In this document: piece after piece, positions 35,301-47,959 of the stretch
Layout of the letters: each line of letters opens with the position of its first letter
How positions within the stretch are numbered: the stretch's first letter is position 1
NCBI GenBank assembly: GCA_051294375.1
Contig: CM119265.1
Location: 4,285,025 to 4,349,024 of the forward strand
Origin: Paraspadella gotoi
Lineage: Eukaryota > Animalia > Chaetognatha
Direction: 5' to 3'
Length of the DNA stretch: 64,000 nucleotides
Notes under the pieces: generated by a model
What the model saw: only the letters and a program-made list of their open reading frames with translations
What the model was told of the DNA's origin: nothing
The model's database searches: none
Translations under genes and position numbers: made by a program

Positions 35301-38300
35301 CACTAGAAAAGGCTAGGTGAGAGGTGCGGAGCGAGGGTGTGTGACAGAACTTGAAAGAAATAACGTGAGTGAGAAAACGGGAGCTAGTGTAAGAGTTACT
35401 CCGAGTGGAGGTAGTGTTAAAACCGCAGAGTGGAAAAAGAGAGTGAGAGAGGTAAACGGAGAGTTAGAAGGACAAGGTCGAGGTAAAAGGCGAGGTGGAG
35501 GTAAGGGGAAAGAAAGGAAGGGGAAACGAAAGGTAAGGAGGAAATCATAGTGGTGGGAAGAAGGAGAAGCTAGAAGAGCGCGGGAGCAAATAGCAAGGAA
35601 AAAGGAAAAGCGAAGCTTGACGGGAAGGGGGGAGAGCAAGAAGGGTGGGGGTAGTAAAAGAAGAAGGGAAAGGAGGAGAGGCACAAGAGGTATATAAAAG
35701 AAAGTCAAGGTGTGTGGAAAGGGGGGAGGAGCGAGAAAAACGAAGGAAGAACAGAAGGGCGAGAAAGTTGTAAGGAAAGAACGGAAAAGGAAAGGAAAGG
35801 GGAGGAGAAGCAGGTGGAGGGCAAGGAAAGAAAGGGAGCTGAAGAGGAGGAGAGAAGGAAGGAAATGTGAGGGAGGGGGAGAGCTAAGGTGTAAGAAAGG
35901 GAAAGAGAGATAGAAGAAGAGGGAAGAGAAAAAAAAGAGACAAAAGAAGAAATAGAACAAAAAGAAGGGAGAATAGAAAAAAGAGTGTGGCAGATAAGTG
36001 GTATAGCCAGAGGACACAGCATAAGTGGAATATACATATAGTACCAGGAGTTATATAAAGCCCCAGAGGGACTGAGAGTGAGGAGTATGAGCAGTAGTGT
36101 GGGGACAGAGTAATAGGAAAACAGCCAAAGCCTGTAAGAGAGAGTGTGGTAAGAAGATAGTAAGTGGGTAGGGAAGGGAGAGGGAAGGGAGAATAAGCCG
36201 AATAAAAAGAGTGGAGAGAGAAGAGAGAAAAAGAAAAAAGGGGAGGGCAAAAGAGGTAAAAGAGAGGGGGTGCAATTTATAAAAGGAAAGAAGAGGAGCA
36301 AGAAGGAATAAACAAAGAAAAAGAAGGAAGAAGTGGGAAAGGAGATGGAGGCACGAAAAGAAAGAAGGAAAGGAACAGAAAAGAGAAGAAGATCACGAAA
36401 TAGAGGCCAGGGAATAGGCGAAAAGGGAGTGGAAAGACAAAGGAAAAGGGGAAAATGGAGAGGGAGAAAAAGAACAGGAAGCCAGGAAGAGCTCGTGAAG
36501 CGGAGAAAGGGAAAGAGAAAGGCGAGAAAGGTTAAAAAAAAAATAAACAGGTGTGAAAAAAAGACAAGGAGAAAGTTAGGGAAAAAAGAAAGGAGGAGGA
36601 GGAGGGAGGAAAAAAGGAAAGGAAAGGAGAAAAAGAGGAAAAGGGGGGACAGGGAAAGGAAGGAGGAATAGGGAACAGCGTCCAGAAGTTAGCGGAGAAA
36701 GGAAAATAGAGAGGACGGGAGTAGAGGAAAAAAGAGAGAGGACGCTGAAAGCGGAAAAGAGGTTTTACGGGGAAAAGAGAAGAAGGAGGAGAAAGAGAAG
36801 CGAAGGAAGAGAAGGAAAAGAAAGAGAGAGAAAGAAGAAGGGGGGGACAGAGACAGGGTCAGAAAAAAAGGAAAACGAGGAGGAAAACGGAAAGAGAAAA
36901 GGGAGGGGGAGGGAAGGGAGGAGAGGGGAGGGAGGAGGGGGACGGGAAGAAAAAGAAGGGGGAAAATGAGACATGGAAGGGGGAAGGGGAAGGGCGCGAA
37001 AGGAAGAAGGAGAAAAAAAGGAAGAAAAGAATAGAAAAAAGGGAGGGAGGAAAGAGGAGTTGGAAGGAGGGAGGAGAGGGGAGGAGAGGATAAAGAAAAA
37101 GGAAGAAAGTAAAAGAGAAGCCGGAGAGGGAGGAGAGGAGGGAAATGGGAGAAAAAAAAGGAGTAGGAAAAGAAGAATATAGAAAAAGAGGAAGGAGAGT
37201 AGAAAGGAAAAAGAAAAATAAGAAGTAGGAGTAAGGGAGGGGAGCCAGGTTAAGGGAGTAGGACTAAGGGGAAAAAAAAGGAAAAGTGTGGAAAAAGAAG
37301 GAAATAAAGGAGGGAAGAGAAAAGAAGGTGCGAAGGAGCAAAAAAAAAAAGGGGGGATGGGGAGGGAAAAGAGAGGGGGAAAAAGAAGAGAAAATATGAA
37401 AAAAATAAAGAGAAGAAAGAAAGGGAGGTGAGGGAGGAAAAAGAGATAGGAGAGGAAAAGGGAAAGAGAAGGGGGTAGAAAGAAAACGGAAGGTGGCGAA
37501 GCGGAGAAGAGAAGGATGAACCAAAAGGGAAGGACAAGATGAGCAACAGATTTGGAAACGGAGCAATGCAGGGCCAAAAGAAGGAGAAGGAAGAGAAAAA
37601 GGGGAAGGAAAGGGAAAGAAAGGGAGGGGAGGACAAGGAGAGAATGGGAGGGCGGAAAAAGAGAAGGGAACAGACGAAGATGACCAAAAAGGCGGGAGAG
37701 AAGGAGAAAAGAGGAAAGAAAGAAAGAAAAAGTTAAAAGCAGAATGGAAGAAAAAGACGGGGAGGACGGAAAAGAAAGGGAGAGGATGAGAATAAAGGAA
37801 GTCGAAGGGAGAGGGGGAAAGAAGAGGGTGAAGGAGGGAGAGGAAAAGAAGGCAGGAAGAGGGGGAGAAAAGAAAAGGGGAGAAAGAAAAGAGGTGAGGG
37901 AGAAGGGGGAGGAGGAGCAGGAAAGGTGGGAAGAGGAAGGAAGAAGAGATGAGGGGAGCGAATAAAGAAGGAAAAGGAAGGGAAAAAGCATAAAACAAAA
38001 AAAGAATGAGAGCGAGAGAAGGGAAGGAGAGGCACGGCGGAGGGACAAAGAAGAAAAAAGAGGAGGAGAGAACAACTACAGAGAGGGAAGAATAGGAAAG
38101 GAGGATGAGACGAATGGGGCAGAGGGAAAGGGAAACAAAAAGAGGGGGAGAAAAGAGAGAAAAGAGAAGGAAGGAAGAAGAGGGGACGAAAGGAGGCCAT
38201 TCGAGAATGAAAAAGGCAAGGGAAGAGAGTGAAAAGCAAAGAAGGGGAAGGAGAGAGAAGGAAGCAGGGGGAGGAGAAAAGAGTGAGAGGAGATGAAGAG

Positions 38301-39680
38301 AAGGGAAGAAAGCAGAAGCGAGAGGAAAAGGAACGAAAAATAGAGAGAAAGGGGAAAGCCCCGAATAGAGAGAGGAGGGGAGAGGGAGAGGCAGAGAAGG
38401 GAAGAGAAAAAAAAAAGTGAGAGGGGGGCAGAAAAAAATAGAAAAAAAGGGAGATAATCTTGATGAAGGATAAAGAAAGGAAAAAGGGAAAAGAAAAAAA
38501 AATGTTAAGTTAGTATGAAAGGTATAAAGAACAAAAGTACGGGTAAAGAACGGAAAAAAAGAGGCAAGAAAAAGGTGGAAATAGGTTAAAAAAAATTAAA
38601 AAGCATGGATCAAACGATGAAAGAAGCGAAAAGGGAGCGCCAGAGATAACGGAAGTGTTAACACGAGAAAAAAGAGGTAAAGACGAAAAAAAAGGAGGAA
38701 GAAGAGGGGAAGAAAAAGAACCGAGGAGAACCGAGGAGAAAAGAAAAGGAAAAAGCAGAGGAGAATGACAAGCGGAGAAGCAAATAACAAGTGGGGGAAA
38801 AGAGTGGGAAGCGAAACGCGTAATGAAAATCAAAAGCACAAGAAGTGGGGACAGGCGAGAAAGAGAAGGAACAATGGAAGAAGAGAGTCAGGGAGAAAGA
38901 AGTAAAAGGAGAAGCGTGTAGATAAAGAGGTGTAAACAATGTATGCAGAGAATTGAAAAAGTGGGATAGAAGGAAATGTAAAAATAAGGTGAGAGAGGTA
39001 TACGAGAGGTTAAAGAGAGGATAGTAGAAGGAGGGGTGGCGGGGAGGTAAGTAAAGACCACCCTTAACAAAGGGGAGAGCAGTGGTGAGGAGGGCGGGGA
39101 GGAAGCAGTGTGAAGCGTTTACGGGGGTGTTGTAGGAAGGCAAGTGAAACTGTTCTTCGAAGATGGGCATGGGGAAAGGAGACGGGAGGTGGTGGTCAGG
39201 GTGTGGCGTGCGAGAGAGGGAAGAGGCATATAAGGGGGTGTTAGAGGTGGTACGGTCGGTCGAAAGTAAAGCAACTGGAAGCGCTAGGGCGGCTACGAGA
39301 GAAAAGGGAAAGCAGAGGGGTTGGGGAAAGTGAGGGGGAGGAAGAGGGAGTGTGTAGTGTGCATCAGGATGCTAAGAGGAGAGAGTGTGACGGGGAGATA
39401 GGACGTAGAAGGGGAGGGGGGAGGGAGGAAGGAGGGTTACGAAAGGAGTGTGCAGAAAGGAGCAAAAGGGGGGTGGGGTGGGTGGGGGGGAGTGAGGGGG
39501 AGCGGAGGAGTAGAGGGAAGAAAGCGCGGAAAGGGGAGAGAGCGCGCGAGCGGGAGGGCAGTCAAAAGCAGAGATGACGAGGAAGAGAGATGAGAGGAGT
39601 ACCCGACTGGAAGGCTTGGGATTGAGTCGGTTTGGCCGAGGATAGATCCCACATGAGAGGAAGAGAGAGAGAGAGAAAAA
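20340..39680. other. About 19-kb aperiodic polypurine tract, probably low-quality long-read gap fill
   Basis: Almost only A/G on the + strand, no repeat unit, drifting G:A ratio. It starts at a (GAAA)n microsatellite and ends at a (GA)n run. Confidence 0.8.
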
Positions 39681-41289
39681 GCAGAAGGCAAGCAGAAGGT
39701 TTGATAAAACAACATTCACATTTTCCCTCGTCTCCTCCCCATTAATCGCTTCCGCTCACAAAGAAATTTCATTAATCTTTATTTTATGAAAGCAATTTTA
39801 TTCAAGGCTGAAACAATTTATCAAGCTGATCCGTTTTTTATGAGTTGTCTGCGTTGTTGCACCGAAAGAAAAGAGGATAGACAAGCGCACAGCGAGATTT
39901 TCCTTCTAATCTGGCGTCGATTACTTCNNNNNNNNNNNNNNNNNNNNNNNNNTAAGTTGGATTATTTTAGTTCTAATTAAGTCTTTATTAAACTGTCCCC
40001 TTAATTCTTAAACTTTTGACATCCAGATTGTACCATCGTCCAATTGTCTTATCGAATTTTTAAAGCTCGATTCTCGCAATCAGCGCCACAATTCCATCAG
40101 CGAAATCGGGTCTAAAATCGAAAAAAATTATTCGCATTTAATTTTTTTATTTCATTTTTTTCAAAATTCGATTGCTCAACTGCACGCTGCAATTACAACC
40201 GCTATGTCCACACCGTTGCTCAGCATCGTCACGTCATCCATTTTTTGTACTCTGGCTCATTTAAAAAAAAAAACCCGATTAGCGGAAATCGAGCTCCAAT
40301 CCCATTATCGCGACGAAGTTAACATTTTTTTGTTGCAATTTCATAAATCGTCTTTTCGAAAGTTAATTTAAAATAAAAGCCTCGGCTCGATTTACGTAAT
40401 TCGAGCAAACAAACTCGTAACACGTTGAAACGCCGATACGTGCGCGCACAAAACAAATAAAGGGAAGAGGAAAAACTGAAATAGCGAGAGAGAGGTGTCG
40501 AAAAAGCTAGGAACTAAACGATGCATTTTGTCTATAGAAGACGAAGATACTTTTTTTAGTTTATTTGTGTTTTGATTCTATTTATGTTAATATAATATAT
40601 ATATAATATCGTTTTTAACTTGAAATGCGGTTCTCTTATTATTTCTTAAAAGAATTCCGGAACTGTTAATTTTATGGGTATTTCGTTCTACGTGGTTGTC
40701 GTAATCACTGATGTTTGGTATCATTATCTTTTTTCATTCGTTTCCTCGTGTTTTCCATTGCGTTTGCCGTCGGCTTCGATGTCGTCGTCGTCGTCGTCGT
40801 CGTCGTCTTCGTCGTTGTCGTGAGCGGCTCCCCCATGATGATTTGTTGATGCCGGGGCCAAGCGGGAATGAGCGGATGAGTCAGAAGAAAACGAGAGAGA
40901 GCGAGAGAGTTTCCGCGTTCCGGGAATGAGAGAGAGANNNNNNNNNNNNNNNNNNNNNNNNNNNNNNNNNNNNNNNNNNNNNNNNNNNNNNNNNNNNNNN
41001 NNNNNNNNNNNNNNNNNNNNNNNNNNNNNNNNNNNNNNNNNNNNNNNNNNNNNNNNNNNNNNNNNNNNNNAGAGAGTCCTTGATCTCTCAAAAACAGGAA
41101 GGAAGAAAAGAAGGAAAGTTGTTGAGGAGGAAAGAGAAAATACAGTGAGGGACATAGGGAAGAAATTTGAGAAGTATGATAAAGAGAGGAAGGATGAACG
41201 GTAGCTGAAAAAAAGCTGGAGGTGAAAATTTTATCGAGAAATCTAAAAGCGGATTTTGGGAAAGTGAATCAGACTTACTATCAAATTAG

Positions 41290-41850
41290 GATGATGATGA
41301 AGACGAGAATGATTTCAAAGTAAAAGTGGAGAACGACTTAAATGACGATACAGAAGTGAATAACAGTGTCGTAGATGATAATGTGTAGATAGAAAGAGGT
41401 CAAAGAGAACCTTGAGGATGACGATGAAGAGGAGAACGACCAAGTCAAAGAGGAGAACGACAAATTCTAGGATAAGAAACCCGTAAATTACGATAAAGAG
41501 TAGAATGACGGTGTCATAAATAATAAGTTTGAAAATGAATATAAAGGCAAGCAAAACATTAAAGAGAACAATGAGGATTACGATAAATGAGAGATTGAAT
41601 ATGACAAACAGGAAAACAACGACGGAAGTAAAGAGGAGAACAACGACTGAGAAAAAGTCAAGAAAAACGACAAGAACGAGGATGATAACTGGAGAGAAGA
41701 AACCAAAAACGACGACGACCACGACGACCAGCAGAACGACGACGACGACGACGACGACAATTACGATGACGACGGTGACGAAGTTGACAGCGAAAAATCC
41801 AAAGACGACGACGACGACGAAAACGACGACGACGAAAACGACGAGTGGTT
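41290..41850 (+). repeat. Degenerate GAC/GAT/GAG trinucleotide low-complexity region
   Basis: Recurring gacga/gaggagaacgac units ending in purer (ACG)n runs. Confidence 0.7.
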
Positions 41851-42179
41851 AAACGGAAAAGACGAAAATGGAAAATTGCGTTTTGCCCCTTTTTTTATTT
41901 GTTTTTAATCTTTTCAAGTTTTAATCTCCTTTGTATTTGTTTTGATAAGATGGAAACTCTAANNNNNNNNNNNNNNNNNNNNNNNNNGGTCTCGCATTCC
42001 ACATTATTGGTGTTATTTTGCTTAAGTGTTGGGACGGACGCGCACAGGACGGGTCAATGCCTTCCAATCTCTCTCTTTCGGTTGCATAATTTAATCATAA
42101 TCCGATCTCATGTTTTGAAATAGATTCGATCGTAGCAGTTAGTCCGGCCGGAGCATATTTTCGCACGTCTGGGCTCGCG

Positions 42180-44130
42180 GAGCCGACGGACCGACAAAGT
42201 GAATTATCCGAGTCGGGATCTGCTGATAAAGATCCGACTAAAAAAGGGAAAGTTAAAATTAGTTTTTGGAGAAGAGAAGGGATAAGGAACGCTTCATCTG
42301 CGACGGAGACACCAGATTTCTTTTTCCCCGCCTTTTAATCGGCGAAGAATTTTTTGACTTAACTAACTCTTCTTCCCGCGTTTTGCTCCAGGAGTGGTTC
42401 GCTTTCGAAGGATGGAAATGGAGGAAAGAAAGAAAAGAAATAAAAGAACGAAAAGGAAAAAAAAATTAAGGAAAAAGAAAAATATAGATGGGTGAAAGAA
42501 TAAAAAAAAGGAAGATTTGATGGAATGAATAAAAGATATTTCGTCAGGATATACTCGATAGGGGCTGTCTTCCCAATTTTCGCTGATTAGCAGTTATATA
42601 ACGTTCAATGTTTTAGGGTAATCAACAACATTTGAAGTTTAATAACAATTAAACTAATGATGGTATTACGTAATTATTTGTATTATATTTTGTTTAATTA
42701 TAAATTTGGTGTATTTTCTTTCTTGCTTTGAGATCATATTTTGTGGTCCTTGTTGGGTACTCTTTATATTACAATTGAATATTCATCTATGTTTAACATT
42801 CTTATTCGAAAGTCTATAAGCAACAGTCTAAATGGCCATAATGTTGCTTTTTGTTGACCCTCGATGCGTGTTTCCTCCTCATCCTCTTCCCCACAGTTCA
42901 ATCGCCTCCTCTGTCTCCTCTCACGGATCTTGCACCATGGCGGTCTCCATGATCACTGGGATCTACCCTTCGCCTGAGCAACCACGACGCAACTCTTTCC
43001 ACGGGATGCAGGAGTGGGCTCGCTGTGGTCCTGTAGATCACGCTGATATCGGCTCGACAGGGCGGATCGTCGTGCCAGCTGGCTGAAGCACGCTCGCTCG
43101 TGCCAGGAACAGTTGGACTCATCAGACGCGCGAGGCGCTTATGTCGAAGCCACCTGACGGAAGAAGTTAAAGGTATGGAGGAGGAGGAGCGAGGAGCCGG
43201 CGTGGAGGCACGAGTCTCGTAGTCGATAGGGTGAGCAGGGTGGGGCAGGAAGGAAGGGGGGAAGGAAGAGAGGAAAGGGAAAAAATGAGGAAGGAGGGAG
43301 TAAGAATAGGGAAAAGAAAGAGTACACAATCGAATGCAGCACGGATCGTTCTTGATACGTAGCAAGATGATACATTATTCTCGTGTCAATCCACTATGCC
43401 TAGTACGCTATCGTTACCTCTTACGCGCATGGTTGGCATATGTTGGGGAGTTATCACAAACATTTATATCGCAGAAGAAAGATAACACGAAATTAATTTT
43501 ATAAGCGCAGGAAGATTAAAAAAACTAATCGAATAAGATAGAGAACATATATAAAAATGATTGTGTGTGCAGGAAAAAGCGGTCTCGAATATATGTATGA
43601 GAGATTTGATGTCGCCATATAATTATTCGTGAGTGTGTATATGAAGCGCTTGAGGAATAAGAAGGTCAACCAGAGTCACTATGTGTTCGCTGTTACGTTT
43701 TCGCGTGAAGATAAAACAGTAACGAGCTATAGAGCCGCCGGTACGACGAGATAAAGATACAGCGCACTCTGTTGTGACATACTTTTAGTAGCTGTTCAGA
43801 GCTGTAACTTCTGTCGAATAAAGCTACTAAGATAAGATAGGCAATACAGTAATTAGAGATAACATCAGAAATTGTCAGTCTTGTTCTCAGTTATCTTGTG
43901 TATCTTAGGTTCACTGTTGCTCATGCTTGTGTGCTGTAAGCTGTACTCGCGGATGTGTTTCGGTTTCTTCATGGTTCTAGCCATGTTATCATTCCTCGTA
44001 TCCTAGATATAAGGTAGATTTGTATTGAGTGTGGTGTCTTACTTATGTCCTAGTTCTACAGATCAGTTGCTCTGCTGCTCGTCGGCATCTGTATGAAGAG
44101 ATCTAGGTTTTAAGCCTTCTTTAATGTCAG
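42180..44130 (+). repeat. Noisy second copy of about 13300-14870, including a frameshifted innexin terminal exon (42897-43170)
   Basis: Collinear with the Helentron 5' end, intron, last exon and 3' flank; identity decays progressively after about 43320. Confidence 0.85.
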
Positions 44131-47089
44131 TCTGTTATAGGTTCTCGGTCTGTCATGCGGTCGATAATTCAGATCTCGGTCATTGTATAGCCGGTAGATG
44201 TCGGCCTCTATAGTGTTCGACTCTTGAGTTGTAATGGGCTTTGGGTGGCCTTGCGTGTTTATATTCACATGCTTACCTCAAAAACGGACATTTTTGGTTT
44301 TATTATGGTTGATAGATGGGATGTTTAGATGTTGAATTGTATGGAGCGAAGGCAGTTCAATTTCGGCTACTAGCTTTCATGTGTATGAGCTGAACTAGTT
44401 TTGGAAGTCGGAGACTGCCGCGTGGTGTCGTTAGGGGCTACTGTTCAGAGATCTGCGCGTGTGATGCATCAGCTGGGTGTATAGCAGGGAAGATGTAGCA
44501 GTCAGGTAGGATCTGAGTTACTTGTGATCTGGGCGGTACGGACTAGTGTCCTTACATTATTACGCGATGATCGAGTTGTCGTACTCTTCGTCGTCACGCC
44601 TCATGTGCGTCTTCATTGAATGATTTGTGACATGGCGGCTCGCGAGAGGGTTCATTTTCGAGCACCTATCTTTTGCTATCTACAGTCATTAATCAATACT
44701 ACTCGACACGGATGTGTTGATTGGAAGGGATGCACTTCGTGTAATCGGGGTCATTGATAAGTCGTTCTCCGCAACTTGTATACTTTTCGAGAGAATCATT
44801 CTCGTCTAGTCATCATCATGCCTAGATTTTGATAGTAAGGATCATGATTCCTTTCCCAAGAATCCGGCGTTTTAAGATTTCGTTCGCGATAAAATTTCAG
44901 ACGCGTCCAGGCTTTTTTGTCGAGCGTAAGCCGCTTCATCCTTCTCTCTTTATGGCATAATTCTCAAATTTCTTCCCTAGTGCCGGCTCACACTGTATTT
45001 GTCTCTTCCATCCTCACAACTTTCGCTTGCTTTTCTCTTGCCTTCCTGTTTTTGAGAGGATTCAACGGACTGCTCTCACGCTCGAATATTCTCTTCTGTT
45101 GCTCGACGACTTCTGCTCTTTGGGTCGCGCATCTCCTCTCTCGGTCTCCGATCTTCTTCTCTCCCCTCTCTCCTCTGCTGCGCTCTGCTCTCATCTCTCT
45201 CTTCATTCCAGCGGAAACGCGAAACTCTGCTTCGCTCTCTCTGCGGGGTCGTTTTGCTTCTGACTCATTCCGTGCTTCATAGTCGCCGCTTGGCGCCGGC
45301 ATCACAACGAAAATCAGTCATGGGGGGGAGCCTATCACAAGACAACGGACGAATGAGCGACACGACTGGACGCGACGACATCGGAAGAGGGTCCGAGACG
45401 GCAAAGCAGGATATGGAAAACATCGAGGGAAAGAGCGAAATGAAAAAAAGAATAAATGATGTCACCAACATCAGAGTGTATGTAACGGAACAGGACCACG
45501 ACTCGGTAGAGGACCTGAAATAACGCGATGGTCAGTAGACTATGGAGAAAGGAATTAGAGCCAGTGAGGTTCGCGGAATGTCTTTTCGAGAGAAATGTAA
45601 TGTAAGAGAACCTTGGGCGGGCGCACATTTGAGGGGCATGAAGTTGATAAAATAGCAGTTTGGACTTCGTATGATTATATATGTATATTAACATAATAGA
45701 AAGGTGATATAAGATAAAAGTATCTTCGTCCTTCTTAGACAAAATAGCAGTCGTTTAGTTCATAGGCTTTTTCGACCCTCTGCGCTCTCGCTTAGGTTGT
45801 GCAGTTTTTCTCCTCTTGCCGCCTTTATGGTTTGTGTTTGTGCGCGCGCGTGGATGGCGTTTCATCAACGTTGTTACGGGAGTTGATGTTTGCGTCGGAT
45901 GTTATCGTAAATCGGAGGGCCGGGCGGGCCTTTTGACTATTTTAAATTAACTTTTCGAGAAGACATTTATGAAAATTTGCAAGCAAAAGAAAATGTTAAC
46001 TGTCGTCGGCGATCAATGGGATTTGAGAGAGGCGCTCGGATGGTTCCTGCTAAAGTCGGCGTTCTTGTTTTTTTAAATGAGCCAGAGTACGAATAAAATG
46101 AGATGAGGTGACGAGTGCTGAGCAACTGGGGTGGTGGACTGGGATGCTTGGACGGTTGATTAGCTATTGCAGTGCGTGCAGTATGGAGCCGGTAATCGAT
46201 ATTGAGTGAGGTATTGTGAAGAATAAAGGTGGAAAATAAAAGAGAATTAAATGCGAAATTTTTTTTTTCGAGTTTTAGAGATCCCGATTTCGGTCTGATG
46301 GAATTGTGTATGCGTCTGAATTGCGAGAGATCCGAGCATGTAAAAATTCGATAAGGGACAATTGGACGAATGGTAAGCAATGCTGGGAATTGTCAAAAGT
46401 TTTAAGAAGTTAAGGGACAGTTGTATAAGAGACTTATATTAGAAGCTGAAAGAATGAATCGCAACTTAAGAATTGACCCAGATCGAAGAGAAAGTCTGTA
46501 GTTGCCGTTTCGTGTTTGCTGTTCGCAACGCAGCCAACGGCTCGATAAAACGATGCTGCTTGATAGAATTTGTTTTAACCTTGAGATAAATGTCTTGGTC
46601 ATAATATACGATTAATTGGTGGAATTTCTTTGTGACGAAGGGCGATTAATGGGAGGGAGACGACGGGAGAAGACTTGAGTTTAGTTTATCGAAGACCTTG
46701 GTGCTTGCGTGCCTTCTGGCGTTCTCTCTGCTCTTCTTTTCTCGCTCAGCTCGTCTGCTCTCTCTCTCTCTCATCCGTGCTCTCTCTCTCTCTTTCTTTT
46801 CCTTTCTTCTTTCTTTCTTGTTCCTTTCTTTCTTTCTTTGTCTTTGGTCACTCTTGCTCAAGCATTTATTCTTTACTTTCGGGATCGCCAATCGAGTATA
46901 GAAATCATGTCGCCAATTAGATTGAATTGACTAACAAGTTACTAAGTAGTTAAAATTTTTTCTTCTTCGATATGTAACAAATATATATACATGCCTCTGA
47001 AGTTCTAAAAATAGGTATTAAAACATTATAAATATACTTGACCGTGGACAAAAAAATATATTAACGGAGATGTGTCGCTAAAATAGACG

Positions 47090-47890
47090 TTTTGTTTATT
47101 GTGCCGTCGAATGCGGGACATCGTTCGCTTGATCTTATTCCCCAAACTAACGATATTATCTGCATTTCAATTACGAAGACACTTTAGGACAGCCTTTATT
47201 GTGGTTCCAGCCCCCACTCAAGAAAACCGTCGCATTTATTTTCAAAGGCTCGTGCATTCCGAATAAAAAAGAGCCGCACGTTTCTAACCACGTCTGTCAG
47301 CATCTTACTTGTCACTTTAGCCGCGATTGGACATTGGAACTTTTTGAAGCGGCGTTAGAATTCATATAATTCTAGAATGCATTTTCGTAGTGTATATCTT
47401 AAACGCATCCTCCTGATCATAAAACCTTAAACCCTCGCTTTTTCCGAATACGTAAAACTCGAGTCCTTTAGAAGCCATACCCGAACATATTTTTAGAGTT
47501 CCTTCCGCCTTTCTTCCTCTCAGGCCATTAAACCTCGAAAAAAAAAGCCTTCCCTAATCTTAACGCCAAGTGCTTACTTCCGGAAACCTTACTGTTGGCT
47601 CAGAAAAAAAACCTTACCCGACCAAGCCCTCTTCTCGAAGGGATGACCCCATCCCTTCCCCTGACCCCTCGGGGAATAACCGAGCAGACTTACCGTGCGG
47701 CGAATCGAATCCTCTGCTTCGCGCTGACGGAATTTCGGAATTTTCGTGATTCCCGCGGGAGGGCCACCAGAAAAGAGAAGCAGAGGAAGAAAAAAAAAAA
47801 ATAAAAACGTAATGTGCCAATTTTTATTTGCTGTGATTTTGTAAACGTTGTTTTTATAATTTTTTTTTTTTTAGATGTGATTATAAGTCG
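47090..47890 (-). repeat. Noisy inverted copy of about 19420-20095
   Basis: For example ttattccccaaactaa, ttagaattcatataattct and gacttaccgtgcggcgaatcga are reverse complements of the earlier segment. Confidence 0.85.
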
Positions 47891-47921
47891 GCTTTTCCTT
47901 TTTGTCCTGTTGCTATTTTTC

Positions 47922-47959
<38 letters not shown>

